Of a stretch of DNA of 64,000 bases, positions 51,201 to 64,000 are shown in pieces (the stretch's first letter is position 1; every line of letters starts with the position of its first letter). The stretch is from Mobula hypostoma. Its lineage: Eukaryota. A program made the translations under genes and the position numbers. The notes below the pieces were generated by a model that made no database searches, was not told the origin of the DNA, and saw only the letters and a program-made list of their open reading frames with translations. The stretch lies in contig NC_086108.1 of the NCBI RefSeq assembly GCF_963921235.1, positions 3,472,001 through 3,536,000 of the forward strand, written 5' to 3'.

Positions 51201-52210
51201 GTTTTCTTCTAGCTTTCCTAATTTCATTTTTAAGCTCCTTCCTGGCACCCTTGTAATTTTCTAGAGCTCTAACATTACCTAGTTTTTTGAATTTTTCGTA
51301 AGCTTTTCTTTTCTTCATAACTAAATTTTCTACCTCCTTTGTACATCATAGTTCTTTTACCTTACCATTCTTTTCTTGCATCAATGGAACATACCTATGC
51401 AGAATGCCATGCAAATTGTCCCTGAACATTTGTTACATTTCTGCCGTGCATTTTCCTGAGAGCATCTGCTCTCAATTTATGTTCCCAAGTTCTTGCCTAA
51501 TAGCATCATATTTCCCTCTACCCTAATTAAATGTTTTCGCAAATTGTCTGCTCCTAACCCTCTCCAGCATTATGATAGGAGATAGGGTTGTAATCACTAC
51601 CTCCAAAATGCTCTCCCATCGAGAGATATGACACTTGTCCAGGTTTATTTTCCAATACTGGATCAAGTACAGCCTCTCCTCTAGCTGGCTTATCTACATA
51701 CTGCTTTAGGAAACGATCCTGAACACACCTAACAAACTCCATCCCATCTAAACCCCTTTCCAGTCAATATTAGTAAAGTTAAAATCACCCATCGCAACAA
51801 CCCAATTATTATTGCACCGTTCCAGAATCTGTTCCTTGATGCCTCTGTTACTATTGGAGGGTCTGTAAAAAAAAAAACACCCAGTACAGTGATTACCCCC
51901 GTCCTGTTTCTGACTGCCACTTACGATGACTCAGTAGACAATCACTCCATGACTTCCTCCTTTTCTGCAGCCCTGATACAATCCCTGATTAGCGATGACA
52001 TAACCCCATCTCTTTTGTCTTTCTCCCTGCCCTTTTTGAAACATCTAAAGCCCGGCACACTCAGCAGCCATTTCTGCCCCTGAGTCATCCAAGTCTCTGT
52101 AATGGCCACAACTCATTGTTCCATGAATTGATCCACACTTGATCCGAAGTTCATCCACCTTGTTTATGATACTCCTTGCCTTAAAATAGATACATCTCAA
52201 ACCATCTAGC
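48270..52210 (-). mobile_element. Degraded CR1 LINE(s), ORF2 APE-RT-3' end, interrupted by Rex1
   Basis: SGVLQGSVLGPLLFVIFINDLD..SKFADDTK..WQMEFN; KSPGPDKIYPR; APE remnants at 51.5-52.2 kb; a duplicated C-terminal piece at ~49780-50200. Confidence 0.85.
48623..49685 (+). mobile_element. Rex1/Babar LINE inserted in CR1
   Basis: AFNTIIP, TGTPQGCVLSPLLYSLYTHDC, KFADDTTLIGLI; (aattc)n tail. Confidence 0.85.
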
Positions 52211-52276
52211 TCTACTTGTGTGCCAACGGTCCCATCCTCTACCTCTTCACTTTCAAAGGAACAGTATGATCTCAGT

Positions 52277-53020
52277 CAACACACACAAAATGCTGGTGGA
52301 ATGCAGCTGGCCAGGCAGCATCTCTAGGAAGAAGTACAGTCGACAATTCAGGTTGAGACCCTTTGTCAGGACTAATGGAAAAAAGAGATAGTAAGAGATT
52401 TGAAAGTGGGGAGGGGGAGGGGGAGACCTGAAATGATAGGAGAAGACAGGAGGGAGAGGGATAAAGCCAAGAGCTGGGAAGTTGATTTGCAAAAGGGATA
52501 CAAGGCTGGAGAAGGGCAACAACACCTTCTGTTCTGTCTGTCTGGGTAGCCTCCAACCTGATGGCATGAACATTGATTTTTCTAACTGCCGTTAATGTCC
52601 CTCCTCCCCTTCTTACCCCATCCCTAATTTTTTTTCTTCTTTTCTCTCTTTCCCTCTCACAATAATTCCTTGCCTGTTCTCCATCTTCCTCTGGTGCTCC
52701 CCTCCCCCTTTCCTTCTTCCAAGGCCTTCCGTCTTATGATACTCCCCCTTCTCCAGCCTTGTATCCCTTTTGTAAATCAATTTCCCAGCTCTTGGCTTCA
52801 TCCCTCCCCCTCCTGTCTCCTCCTATCATTTCGGGTCTCCCCCTCCCCCTCCCACTTTCTAATCTCTTACTATCTCTTTTCTCTGTTAGAACTGACGATG
52901 GGTCTCAACCCGAATTGTCGACTGTACTTCTTCCTATAGATGCTGCCTGGCCTGCTGCATTCCACCAGCATTTTGTGTGTGTTGCTTAAACTTCAGCATC
53001 TGCAGATTTTCTGGTGTTTG
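52277..53020. mobile_element. Fold-back Penelope-like insertion with ~240-bp inverted arms
   Basis: Arms ~52277-52515 / ~52747-52984; TSD agtatgRtctcagt (52263-52276 / 53021-53034); includes the end of the GIY-YIG ORF (LGSLQPDGMNIDF). Confidence 0.88.
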
Positions 53021-54069
53021 AGTATGGTCTCAGTGTTGGGAATTGTTGCAGAAGTTTTAGTTATTAATTTTTTATTTAGAGACACAGTGCAAAGCAGGCC
53101 CTTGTGGCGCAATGAGCTTTCTGTCGCCCGGCAACTCACTGATTTGACCCAAGCCTAATCACGGGACAGTTTAACTTATGACCTATTAACCTACTAACCG
53201 GTACGTTTCTGGACTGCGGGAGGAAACCGGAGCACCCAGAGGAAACCCACATGCTTCATGGGGAGGACGTACAAACTTTCTAACACAGGATGCTGGAATT
53301 GAACTCCGAACTCCAATACCTGAACTGTAATAGTATCGTGCTAACCACTACACTACCGGTTTTCTTTTTTGCTTGAAAATTTGTTGGATTAGTTCCACAA
53401 GCTGGTTGTCTTTTCATGTTGTTAAGTAGCTGCAGCCAACTCAAAGTTCAAAGTACATATATGTCATCATGTACAACCCTGAGATTCTTTTTTGCAGACA
53501 TTCACTGCAGAACAAAGAAATATAATAGAATCAGTGAAAAACTACACGCAAAGACTGACAAGCAACCAATGTGCAAAAGAAGACAAACTACAAATACAAA
53601 AAAAAGTAAATAAATAATACTGAGAACATGAATTGTAAAGTCATTGAAAATGAATCCCTAGGTTGTGATCAGTGATCAGTCCAGTGTTGTGGTGGGTAAA
53701 GTTATCCAGCAATATTTCAGCAATAGGTCATTGCTCATGACTAATCTGCTAGAGACCAACTTCTGCCTCGATTCATTGTCCAACCATGTATATCCATCTT
53801 CCTCAGAGCACCTGATGAAGCAAAGTTTTTGTAAAATCAAAAAGGACCTGTTGGAGTTTTTAAAATTCTCGATATTATGCAAGCCATTCTGTCAGCAGAA
53901 GAACTATTTAGGCTAACTCCACTTTACAGCTCTCAATTTCTTTCCTTGTACGTATAAAGTGTTCATGCAGGGATCTTTAATCCTCAGGTGAAAACATTAT
54001 CCTCTAATCCTTCTATGAGTGATGTTAGTCTGTGCCCCCAATTATTGACCTCAGAACATTTCTCTTTGC

Positions 54070-55030
54070 AAATTTCAAAGTGAATTTATTTTCAAAGTAC
54101 ACGTATGTCACCATATACAACCCTGAGATTCATTTTCTTGTGGGCATATGCAGTAAATCCAAATAACAGAATAGGATTTTTGAAAGTTAAGTCCATAAAT
54201 TGTAGGAACAGTTCAATAATGGGGTAAGTGAAGTTATTCGCAGTGCTTCAAAAGGCTAATGGTTGAGGGTTAATAATTGTTCCTGAACCTGGTGGTGTGA
54301 ATCCCAAGGCATCTGTACCTTCTTCCTGATGGTAGCTGTGTGCAAAGATCAGAGTCTGGCTGTTGGGGGTCCTTGAGGATGGAAGCTGCTTTCCTGCAAC
54401 AGCACTCTGCTTAGATGTGCCCAGCGGTGAGGAGGGCTTTACCCTTGATGGACTGGGTTGTATCCATTACTTTTTATAGGATTTTCCGTTCAAGGGATTT
54501 GGTGTTTCCATACCAGGCGGTGATGCAACCAATCAATATACTCTCCACTGTACATCTATGGAATTTTGTCGAAGTTTTAGTTGCCTTGCTGAAGCTTCAT
54601 TAACTTAAGGAAGTAGAGGTGCTACCATGCTTTCTTTCTAATTGCACTTATGTGTTGGGCCCAGGACAGGTCCTCTGAAATGATAACACCGAGGAATTTA
54701 AAGTTGCTGACCCTCTCCACCTCTGATCCCCTGATGAGGACTGGTTCGTGGACCACCAGTTTCTTCCTTCTGAAGTCAATAATCAGCTCCTTGGTCTTGG
54801 AGACATTGAGTAGGAAGTTGTTGTGGCACCACTCAACCATATTTTCAATGTCCTCTATGCTAATTTGTCACCACCGTTGATTCGGACCACAACAGTGGTG
54901 TCATCAGCAAACCTGAATATGGCATTGGAGCAGTGTTTAGTCACACAGTAGAGCGAGTAGAACAGGGGTCTAAGCACACTACCTTGTGGTACACTTGTGC
55001 TGATGAAGATCATGGAGAAGAACTGATTGT
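54070..55030 (-). mobile_element. Rex1/Babar LINE 3' part
   Basis: VPQGSVLRP..FRFADDTT..LNVSKTKELIIDFR..FKFLGVIISEDLSW. Confidence 0.82.
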
Positions 55031-55319
55031 CTTGATATGTAGCCTTGGTTGGTATTCTGTGTCTCACGTCCTCCTGTTTCTTTACGCTGTTTAGACAAAT
55101 AATGATGGGTTTCCATATTTCTAGATGACGTAGGAGGCCATTCCACTAATTGAGTTGATGGCAGTTCACAGGACAACCCTGTTCCCTTAGTAAATTCCTC
55201 CTCATAGATCTATCCCTCACTTATGTGCTATGGATAATCTGCAGTGGCGAGTTACTTCGCAACTTGCATGTCTTTGCGATGTGAGAGGAAACCGGAGCAA
55301 CCAGAAGAAACCCGTGCAG

Positions 55320-56000
55320 TCGATAAGACATAGGAGCAGAATTAGGCCATTTGGCTCATCGAGTCTGCTCTGCTAGTCCATCATGGCTGATTTATTATTC
55401 CTCTCAATCCCATTCTCCTGCCTTTTCCCCATAACCTTTGACACCTTTACTAATCAAGAAGCTATCAACCTCCACTTTAAATGTATCCAATGACTTGGCT
55501 TCCACAGCCATCTGTGGCAACGAATTCCAGATTCACCACCCTCTGGCTAAAGAAATCCTTCCTCATCTCTGTTCAGGTCAGAGCCTGTGAAATTATAACA
55601 CCACCTTTGACACACAGTGAGGACAGGCTCATGGACCTCTGGTTTCCTCCTCCTCAAGGCTACAGTCAGTTCTTTGGTTTTGCTGACATTGAGTGAGAGA
55701 TTGTAATTGTGGCCACCACTCAGCCAGATGTTTCAGTCTCTCTGCTATATGTTGATTTGTCACCAATTTTGACAGTGACAGTGGTGTCATCAGCAAACTG
55801 AAATATGGCATTGGAGCTGTGCTTAGCCAAGTGTAAAGAGAGTAGAGCAGGAGGCTAAACACACAGCCTTGTGATGCATCTGTGCTGATGGAGATGTTGT
55901 TGCCAATCTAAACTGACTGGGGTCTGCAAGAGAGGAAATCGAAGATCCAGTTGCACAGGTACTGAGGCCAAGGTCATGAAGCTTATTGATTAGTTTTCAC
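55320..56000 (-). mobile_element. CR1 3' tail joined to a Rex1 RT fragment
   Basis: ataggagcagaattaggccatt CR1 tail (55320-55575); ggtgtcatcagcaaac (FADDT on -) Rex1 part. Confidence 0.65.
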
Positions 56001-56520
56001 AATTTTCAAAATCAAAAGTTGATGTAGAGGCAGTATAGAAGTAGTTTTTGGTTGGTTTTGTATATGTTAAGGAAATGTGAATGATTTTAAAGCTGTTGCT
56101 AAGTGTCTGCTCAAGTTGATGGGTTGATTAATTTCCAGAATAAATTCTTAATAGAAGTCCATGCCAAAATCAGCTTGGAAACTGCAGAACAAAGCTCTAA
56201 AATTCATCTTGCCTTTACAGGGCTTCCCAACCGGGGGTCCAAGGACCCCTTGCTTAAAGGTACTGGTCGATGGCATAAAAAAGGTTGGGAACCCCTGCTC
56301 TAAAAGCTGCTGAGGCCAGTTATATACTGTGGGAGACTCTTCATGGGTAAAAATACAATGGATTGCTGAACTAATACAGCTGGGAAAGGGACCAGGAATC
56401 ATCCAGTTGAATGCCAGTGCAGAATTATGATGATCAGTAGCCATTAGTTCTGAACTTTTGGACAAGTTGAATGTTTTTCTTGTCGACAGAATGTCCATAC
56501 AAATCTTTTAAAGTTAATAG

Positions 56521-56808
<288 letters not shown>

Positions 56809-58059
56809 TAGCCACCCTGCAGACTGCCTTTTTCAAAATCTCCCTTCTGAAACCGCCTTAGGGCTACTAAAACAAAAACTTCACAACAACTTAAAATTTT
56901 CTTCACCTAGGCAGTTAATCTGATCAATCATTTTAGTTAGGGCCCTCCCCGCCCCCTCTATATATTACCTCAGTTGCTGTGCTGTAGACACTTTAAACCA
57001 GCTTTTATGATGCTGCTTATACTAAATATATGCTGGTACACGTAAATGTATATGGTCAATAGAGTTGATCCTTGAGGTAGGGACCCAGGTGTGATCCCTC
57101 AGCTTTGCAGAGTGACTCTAAATTTCTAAATCAGGGGTTCCCAACCTGGGGTTCACGGACTCCTCGGTTAATGGTAGGGGTTCGTGGCATAAACAAAGGT
57201 TAGAACCCCTGTTCTAAATGGGTGCATGTTGGGTAAAGTTACCCCAGGTCCCTTTGCTTCATGTCAAAATACTCAAAGGAAAGTTCAAGCATGAGGACAG
57301 GATTGGGATTAATTGTAGTCAAGTAGTTTACCAACATTTATTGAACCCAAATACAAAGATTCCTACTTTGACCTCAACGGATGGGAAGATTAGCATGTAC
57401 TATCCTAATTTACAAATTGGGGGAAAAAATTACTGCAGATGCTGGAAATGTGAAGTAACAAACAGAAATCTGTTTGTTTGTTTATTTATTGATTGAGATA
57501 CGGCGCAGAATAGACCCTTCTAGCCCTTTGAGCCATGCCACCCAGCAATTCCCCGATTTAATCCTAGTCTAATCACAGGACAATTTAGAATGATCAATTA
57601 ACCTACTGACCGGTACGTCCTTGTGGGAGGAAACTGGAGCACCCGGAAGAAACCCATGCGGTCACGGGGAGAACGTACAAGCTCCTTAGTAGTAGTGGCA
57701 GGTATTGAGCCCAGGTTGCTGGTACTGTAAAGCATTGTGCTAATCACTTCGCTGCTATGCCGGAACCATTAAACAAGTTGTGCTGCTTCTGTAGAAAGAA
57801 AAGTAGAGATAATGTTTTATGTCAGTCTTTCATTAGAACTGGGAAAGTTAGAAATGAATACACAGTTGACGTCTTGGGATGCTTGTTTAGTCTGTTCCAT
57901 AGATGCTGCATGAAATGCTGTTCCTCTAGCATTTTATGTGTTTGGCGCTGGATTTCCAGCATCTGCAGAATCTCTTGAGTAAAAATGTTCCAGGCCTAAG
58001 AATGGGGTGAATTTGATGGGCCACGTGATCTTTTAGCTCATTATTATGAGTTAGATATA

Positions 58060-58975
58060 TTAAGACATTGGAGTAGAACTTGGCCATTTGGCCCATCAAG
58101 TCTGCTCCACCATTTAATCATGGCTGTTACTTTTTTTTTCTCCTTCCTCAACCCCACTCCCTGTAACCTTTGATGTCGTGTCCAATCAGGAACCTATCAA
58201 GCTCTGCCTTAAATATACCCAATAACCTGGCCTCCACAGCTGCCTTTGGTAATAATTTCTACAAATTCACCACCCTCTCACTAAAGAAATTTCTTCGCAT
58301 CTCTGTTTTAAATGGACGCCCCTCTATCCTGAGGCTGCGCCCTTTTGTCTAGACCTCCGCTCCATGGGAAACATCCTTTCCACATCTACTCTGCCCAGGC
58401 CTTCCAATATTTGAAAGGTTTCAATGAGATCCCCCCTCATCCTTCTAAATTTGGCAAGTACAGACCCAGACCCAAATGTTCCTCGTATGATGACCCTTTC
58501 ATTTCCAGAATCATGCTTATGAACCTCCTCTGAACCCTTTCCAATGCCAGCTTATCTTTGCTTAGATGAGGAGCCCATAACTGTTCATGATATCCAAGGT
58601 GAGGCCTCACCAGTGCCTTATAACACCTCAGCATCACAACTCCGCTCTTATATTTTAGACCTCTTGAAATGAATGCTAACATTGCACTCTACCTGCAAGT
58701 TAACCTTTAGAGTATTCTGCACAAGGACTCACAAGTCCCTTTGCATCTCAGATTTTTGGTTTTTCTCCCCGTTTAGAAAATAGTCTGCACATTTATTTCT
58801 ACCATGACCATGTGTATTCCAACATTGTATTTCATTTGCCACTTTCTTGCCCATTCTTCTAAGCTGTCTAAATCCTTCTGCAGCCTACCTGTTTCCTCAA
58901 CACTACCTGCCCCTCCACCAATCTTCATATCATCTGTAAACTTGGCAACAAAGCCATCTATTTCATCATCTAAGA
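58060..58975 (-). mobile_element. CR1 LINE 3' fragment
   Basis: GFVAKFTDDMKIGG..LQKDLD..WQMKYN; YKALVRPHLGY..LERVQRRF. Confidence 0.85.
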
Positions 58976-60118
58976 ACTTCATATTTATTACCCATCCTTA
59001 GCTACACTGAGGTATTGTTGAATCCTGATACTTTAGTGATCCAAAGATCAAGAATGAGGCATAAAACTTGTTGCCTATAGCCATTTTATTAAATTTACAA
59101 GAATAGGAAATGAATGAGAGAGGTGAAAAGACAAAGGGAAAAAGCAGTTGTGGTCATCTCATACAAAAATTCTGGTAATAGTTTACTTTCTGCCCATTAC
59201 ACTGCTGTCATTTAGGGCAGCAGTGAAAGTCCTGCATCTCGGGTGATGGTCAGGGCTTCCTTCAGCATGTCAGTAGCTTCCTCTCGGTTTTCACTACTGT
59301 CAGTCACGCATGTCCCGGGTGGAGACTCAGGAATACTGTCACACTCAGATGTTGGAAGAACTCTTCACTGCTGTTTCTGAAACAGTTTTGTTTGACCAGT
59401 CAGGGTTGTTAGCCCTGAGCTGCGGGACTGACTGATGGACCACTCTTGGTCTGGGCCTCTACCCTTTGACTTCTTTACCAAGAGCCAAAGGATAAAGCCC
59501 TGACTCCAGCCAACATCGCTCTCTGGGTCATTGAGGCACGCAAGCCTTCAAACCACGACAAGGTTGTGGTCCTCTTGGAGGCCCAGTGATAACAATTAAC
59601 CTGTAAAATAGCGAGATTCAAGTGGTGTGACACCTGCTACTGAAAACTAAAGTTTCTAGAAAAATACAGAAGCAACTGTACTGTAATTGCTGGAAAATTC
59701 ATTGAACAGTTACATGTATATAGGTGATTATATAAAATTACGACAAACATAGGTAGGTCTACACCCCAATCCAACAGTATTAAGAGGTAACTATCCAGTG
59801 TGTGATCATGTCACACACAGTTTGGAAGATTCCTTTTTAAATAAAATAATGGATCAATTGCAGGGTTGTCTTGTAATTGTATTTGCTCCCAGATCTCTCT
59901 TTTGGTTTTAAGTGTTTTGTGAATACTTGTTCAAAAATTCAAAGTAAAATTTATTATCAAACTACATATTCAGGGGTGTATATGTAGTTTGTGAACCCTG
60001 TAGAATTTTCTCTATTTCTGCATAAGTATGACCTAAAGTGTGATCAAATCTTCACGTTAAGTCCTAAAATTAGATAAAGAGAACCAATTAAATAAATAAC
60101 ACAAAAAACATTACATTT

Positions 60119-60685
60119 GACCACACCTGGAGTATTGTGTGCAGTTTTGGTCCCCTAATCTGTGGAAAGACATCTTTGCCATAGAGGGAGTACAAAGAAG
60201 GTTCACCAGATTGATTCCTGGGATGGCAGGACTTTCATATGAAGAAAGACTGGATGAACTGGGCTTGTACTCGTTGGAATTTAGAAGATTGAGGGGGGAT
60301 CTGATTGAAACGTATAAAATCCTAAAGGGATTGGACAGGCTAGATGCAGGAAGATTGTTCCCGATGTTGGGGGAGTCCAGAACGAGGGGTCACAGTTTGA
60401 GGATAGAGGGGAAGCCTTTTAGGACCGAGATTAGGAAAAACTTCTTCACACAGAGAGTGGTGAATCTGTGGAATTCTCTGCCACAGGAAACAGTTGAGGC
60501 CAGTTCATTGGCTATATTTAAGAGGGAGTTAGATATGGCCCTTGTGGCTACGGGGGTCAGGGGGTATGGAGGGAAGGCTGGGGCGGGGTTCTGAGTTGGA
60601 TGATCAGCCATGATCATAATAAATGGCGGTGCAGGCTCGAAGGGCCGAATGGCCTACTCCTGCACCTATTTTCTATGTTTCTATT
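60119..60685 (+). mobile_element. Young-looking CR1 3' fragment (open ORF2 C-terminus)
   Basis: Uninterrupted PHLEYCVQFWSP..EGVQRRFTRLIPG..RGDLIETYKIL..FFTQRVVNLWNSLP; (ttctatgt) tail. Confidence 0.9.
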
Positions 60686-60757
60686 TGTTTATTTCTTGAG
60701 AAAAATGATCCCATATTACTTGTATTTGTTGGGAAAAAGTGTGAACCTCTGTGGTAA

Positions 60758-61526
60758 CACACACAAAATGCTGAAGGAACTCAGCAGACCAGGCAGCATT
60801 TATAGGTAAGAGTACAGTCGACATTTCGGGCTAAGACCCTTCAGCAGGACTGGAGGGTGAAAAAGCTGAAGTGGGGGAAGGTTAGAGGGAAACATAGGAT
60901 GATGAGTGAAACCGGGAAAGGGAGGGATGAAGTAAAGAGCTGGGAATTTGATTGGTGAAAGAGATATAGGGCTGGAGAAGGAGGAATCTAATAGGAAAAG
61001 CCAGAAGGCCATGGAGGAGCACCAGAGGGAGGCAATGGGCAGGCAAGGAGTTGAGGTGAGAGAGGAAAAAAGGGATAGGGGATGGTGAAGGAGAGTATGG
61101 GGCAATTACTGGAAGTTCGAGAAATTGATGTTCATGCGATCAGGTTGGAGACTACCTAGGTGGAATATAAGGTGTTCTTCCTCTAACCTGAGTGTGGGCT
61201 CATCGTGACAGTGGAGGAGGCCATGGATTGACATATTGGAATGGGAAGTGGAATTAAAATGGAGACCCTGCTTCTTTTGGCGGACAGAGCATGGGTGCTC
61301 AGTGAAGCAGTCTCCCAATCTATGTTGGGTCTTGTCGATATACAGGAGGCCACACCAGGAGCGCCGGATACAGTATATAACCCCAACAAACTCACAGGTG
61401 AAGTGGCGCCTCACCTGGAAGGACTGTTTGGAACCCTGATGGTAGTGGGGGGGGGGGGTGTAGGGGCAGGTGTAGCATTTGTTCCGCTTGCAAGGATAAG
61501 TGCCAGGAGGGAGACCAGTAGGGAGG
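60758..61526 (-). mobile_element. Penelope-like element, GIY-YIG endonuclease + 3' region
   Basis: CKRNKCYTCPY..FTCEFVGVIYCI..CGLLYI..RLGDCFTEH..LEEEHLIFHLGSLQP; perfect 15-bp TSD gaacctctgtggtaa (60743-60757 / 61527-61541). Confidence 0.9.
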
Positions 61527-61655
61527 GAACCTCTGTGGTAATGTCTTTTACAAAAGCTGGTTGGTACCTGGTGGTGTGTGGTCACTATTGTCATACCCCC
61601 TCTTATAAAAGTTCAAAGTAAATGTTATTATCAAAGTACATCTATGTCACTATAT

Positions 61656-61930
61656 TTAAAGGCATCTGTTAGTTTGCGAGACCATGGATCTGCGCCTGGA
61701 AAGTCTTCACTCTGCAGGGCGCAGGCCTGGGCAAGGTTGTATGGAAGACCGGCAGTTGCCCATGCTGCAAGTCTCCCCTCTCCACGACACCAATGTTGTC
61801 CAAGGGAAGGGCATTAGGACCCATACAGCTTGGCACCGGTGTCGTCGCAGAGTAATGTGTGGTTAAGTGCCTTGCTCAAGGACACAACACGTTCCCTCGG
61901 TTGGGGCTCGAACTCACGACCTTCAGATCA
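61656..61930 (-). mobile_element. 5'-truncated tRNA-derived SINE inside a Rex1 tail (~61600-62320, -)
   Basis: B box GTTCGAGCCC and core gtgtccttgagcaaggcacttaacc on -; flanking direct repeat tcactatat (61647-61655 / 61928-61936). Confidence 0.7.
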
Positions 61931-62343
61931 CTATATACTATCCTAAGATTCATTTTTCTGCGGCCATACTCAGCAAATCTAAGGAATAGTAACTATAACA
62001 ATCGATGAAAGATCAACCAGAGTGCAGAAGACAACAAACTGTGCAAATGCAAATACAAATAAATAGCAATAAATAACAAGAACATGAGATAACAAAATAA
62101 AGAGTTCTTAAAAGTGACTTTTTTGATTGTAGGAACATTTCAATAGATGGGGCAAGTGAGCATAGTTATCCCCTTTTGTTCAAGAGTCTGGTGGTTGAGG
62201 GGTAGTAACTGTTCTTGAACCTGGTGGTGTGGGTCCTGAGGCTCTTGTACCTTCTACCTGATGGCAGCCATTGAGAAGAGAGCATGGCCTGGGTGGTGAG
62301 GATCTCTGATGATGGTGTACTGAATTAAGTCGTGTGTGTATAA

Positions 62344-62562
<219 letters not shown>

Positions 62563-63110
62563 AAACGAAAGAGACAAAAAGAAAAATCATGTTTTACCGT
62601 GGGTCTTCTGTATTATTAGTAAAGGCTATCTTTTTTTTTTCCTTATTCATAGTAGGCTACATCATCTGAGCATATAATCTTGATTGTTTCAAAAAAAGAG
62701 GTTTAGGTCTCCTGTATTTGTATGTCCCAAAAAAACTTTGTTGAAATGTTAACTAACTTTCAGTGGTGTTTTTTGTAAAATTTGTTTTTCATACCAGCAA
62801 GCAATTAAAAAAAGGGAGAATTTATACAATACAAGGTTTTGTAACAAAACCCAATTTACAACTCAGTACAGTGGGCAGGGAAGCACACGGACCTGCTTTC
62901 TATTAGCAATCTGTAAGATATTCATACAGATCACTATGCATTTTTGTGTGTGTTTTTTTCACTTATATTTGATAATTCTGCATTCTAGGGATAGGCATAA
63001 TGATTTTTTTTTCCTGTTTCAATATTATGTGTCACAAAATGTTTGATTTTGATCTTTGTAATTTCAAAATTTTCCCATGAAAAATAATATTAAATAGATA
63101 CAGAAAAAGA
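62563..63110 (+). other. H3.3 3'-UTR (polyadenylated type; end approximate)
   Basis: AT-rich and TE-free; no replication-dependent histone stem-loop seen; ATTAAA at 62804-62809 and 63089-63094. Confidence 0.55.
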
Positions 63111-64000
63111 AGTCCAGGATGTGTGCTTTTCTACACTGCTTCTAGTCCAAGTTTCTGGGAGTCACCTAAACTGGCATGTGCTTTTGAGTTTACCATTCCA
63201 GATTTATGTTTTTTCAACTTCCGCTCTCTGCCTCCAAGTAGAGTCCTAAAGAGATTCCTGCCACTGTCTGTAAGGAGTTTTTAACCTTCTCCCCATGACC
63301 GCGTGTTACCTCACACATCCCAAAGACGTGTTAGTAGATTGATTGGGTGACACGACTTGTTGGGCTGGAAGGCATGTTACTGTGCTGTATCTTTAAATAG
63401 ACTAGACACATAAAGGATGTTGGATCTAATCACTATAAACCACCCACTTACACCTGTTCCACATTAATCCCATTCTTTATTCACATTTTCTCATAAACCC
63501 CTGATTCTATCCAATTTTTTTTCATGCTTAGCTTTATTTGACACATGTATTTTGGAATATAGAGTGAAATGTGCTATTTGTGACTGCAGGTGTCATAGCA
63601 TACCAATGACTCGCTTACCTTAACCCACGTACCTTTGGAATGTGTGAGGAAACCAGAGCACCTGGAAGAAACCCATATGGTCACAGACAACATACAACTC
63701 ATCACAGACAGCGACAGGAATTTAACCCTGATCTTCCGATCTTTGTCACTGTAAAGCATTGTGTTAACCATTATGCCATAGTGCTGTACTGTAGGAAATC
63801 TAGAGACTGAGATGTGGGAATCGTGGTGCCACAGTAGGGCAGCAGTTAGCGTTACACTATTACAGCTCACATTCCAGAGTTCAGAGTTCAGTTCTGGCGT
63901 TGTTCTGTCAGAATGCATGGAATTTCTCAGAGTGCTCTGGTTTCCTCCCACAGTCCAAAGATGGTACTGGGGAGGTTGATTAGTCATTGTAAATTGCCCC

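Larger units (their letters stand above)
59970..61560 (+). mobile_element. Tc1-like left end (IR/DR) interrupted by CR1 and Penelope insertions
   Basis: Direct-repeat motif (aa)gt(t/g)tgtgaaccYt at ~59987 and ~60737, typical of IR/DR Tc1 ends; the AT-rich spacer is continuous across the insertions. Confidence 0.5.

Noticed and set aside
62563..62700. Replication-dependent histone 3' stem-loop
   Set aside because: No GGYYCTTYTCAGRRCC-type hairpin seen; consistent with a polyadenylated H3.3.

Overview
Vertebrate genomic DNA, very repeat-rich. HE1/V-SINE-type SINEs plus CR1, Rex1/Babar and Penelope repeats point to a cartilaginous fish, probably a ray (inference). Two spliced + strand genes can be rebuilt by hand; the ORF track misses the first entirely and fragments the second. 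(1) The 3' part of a selenoprotein W (SELENOW)-type gene: coding exons 6413-6466, 10885-10965 and 12289-12363, then a separate 3'-UTR exon from 16469 carrying a well-formed type-2 SECIS element (16493-16577). The CxxU exons are not visible and must lie upstream of the window. (2) A complete histone H3.3 gene: CDS 40435-40562, 56541-56694, 62434-62562 (136 aa), a CpG-island promoter at about 38.1-39.0 kb, and a ~16 kb intron that needs a non-canonical GC donor. Most of the rest is transposon debris: CR1, Rex1/Babar, L1, R4/Dong-like, Penelope-like fold-backs with 13-16 bp TSDs, a Gypsy-type solo LTR, Tc1, hAT, Harbinger and SINEs, several of them nested. A chain of possible minus-strand exons between the two genes may be an unrecognised antisense/divergent transcript. 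TE boundaries are approximate unless a TSD or TIR is quoted.
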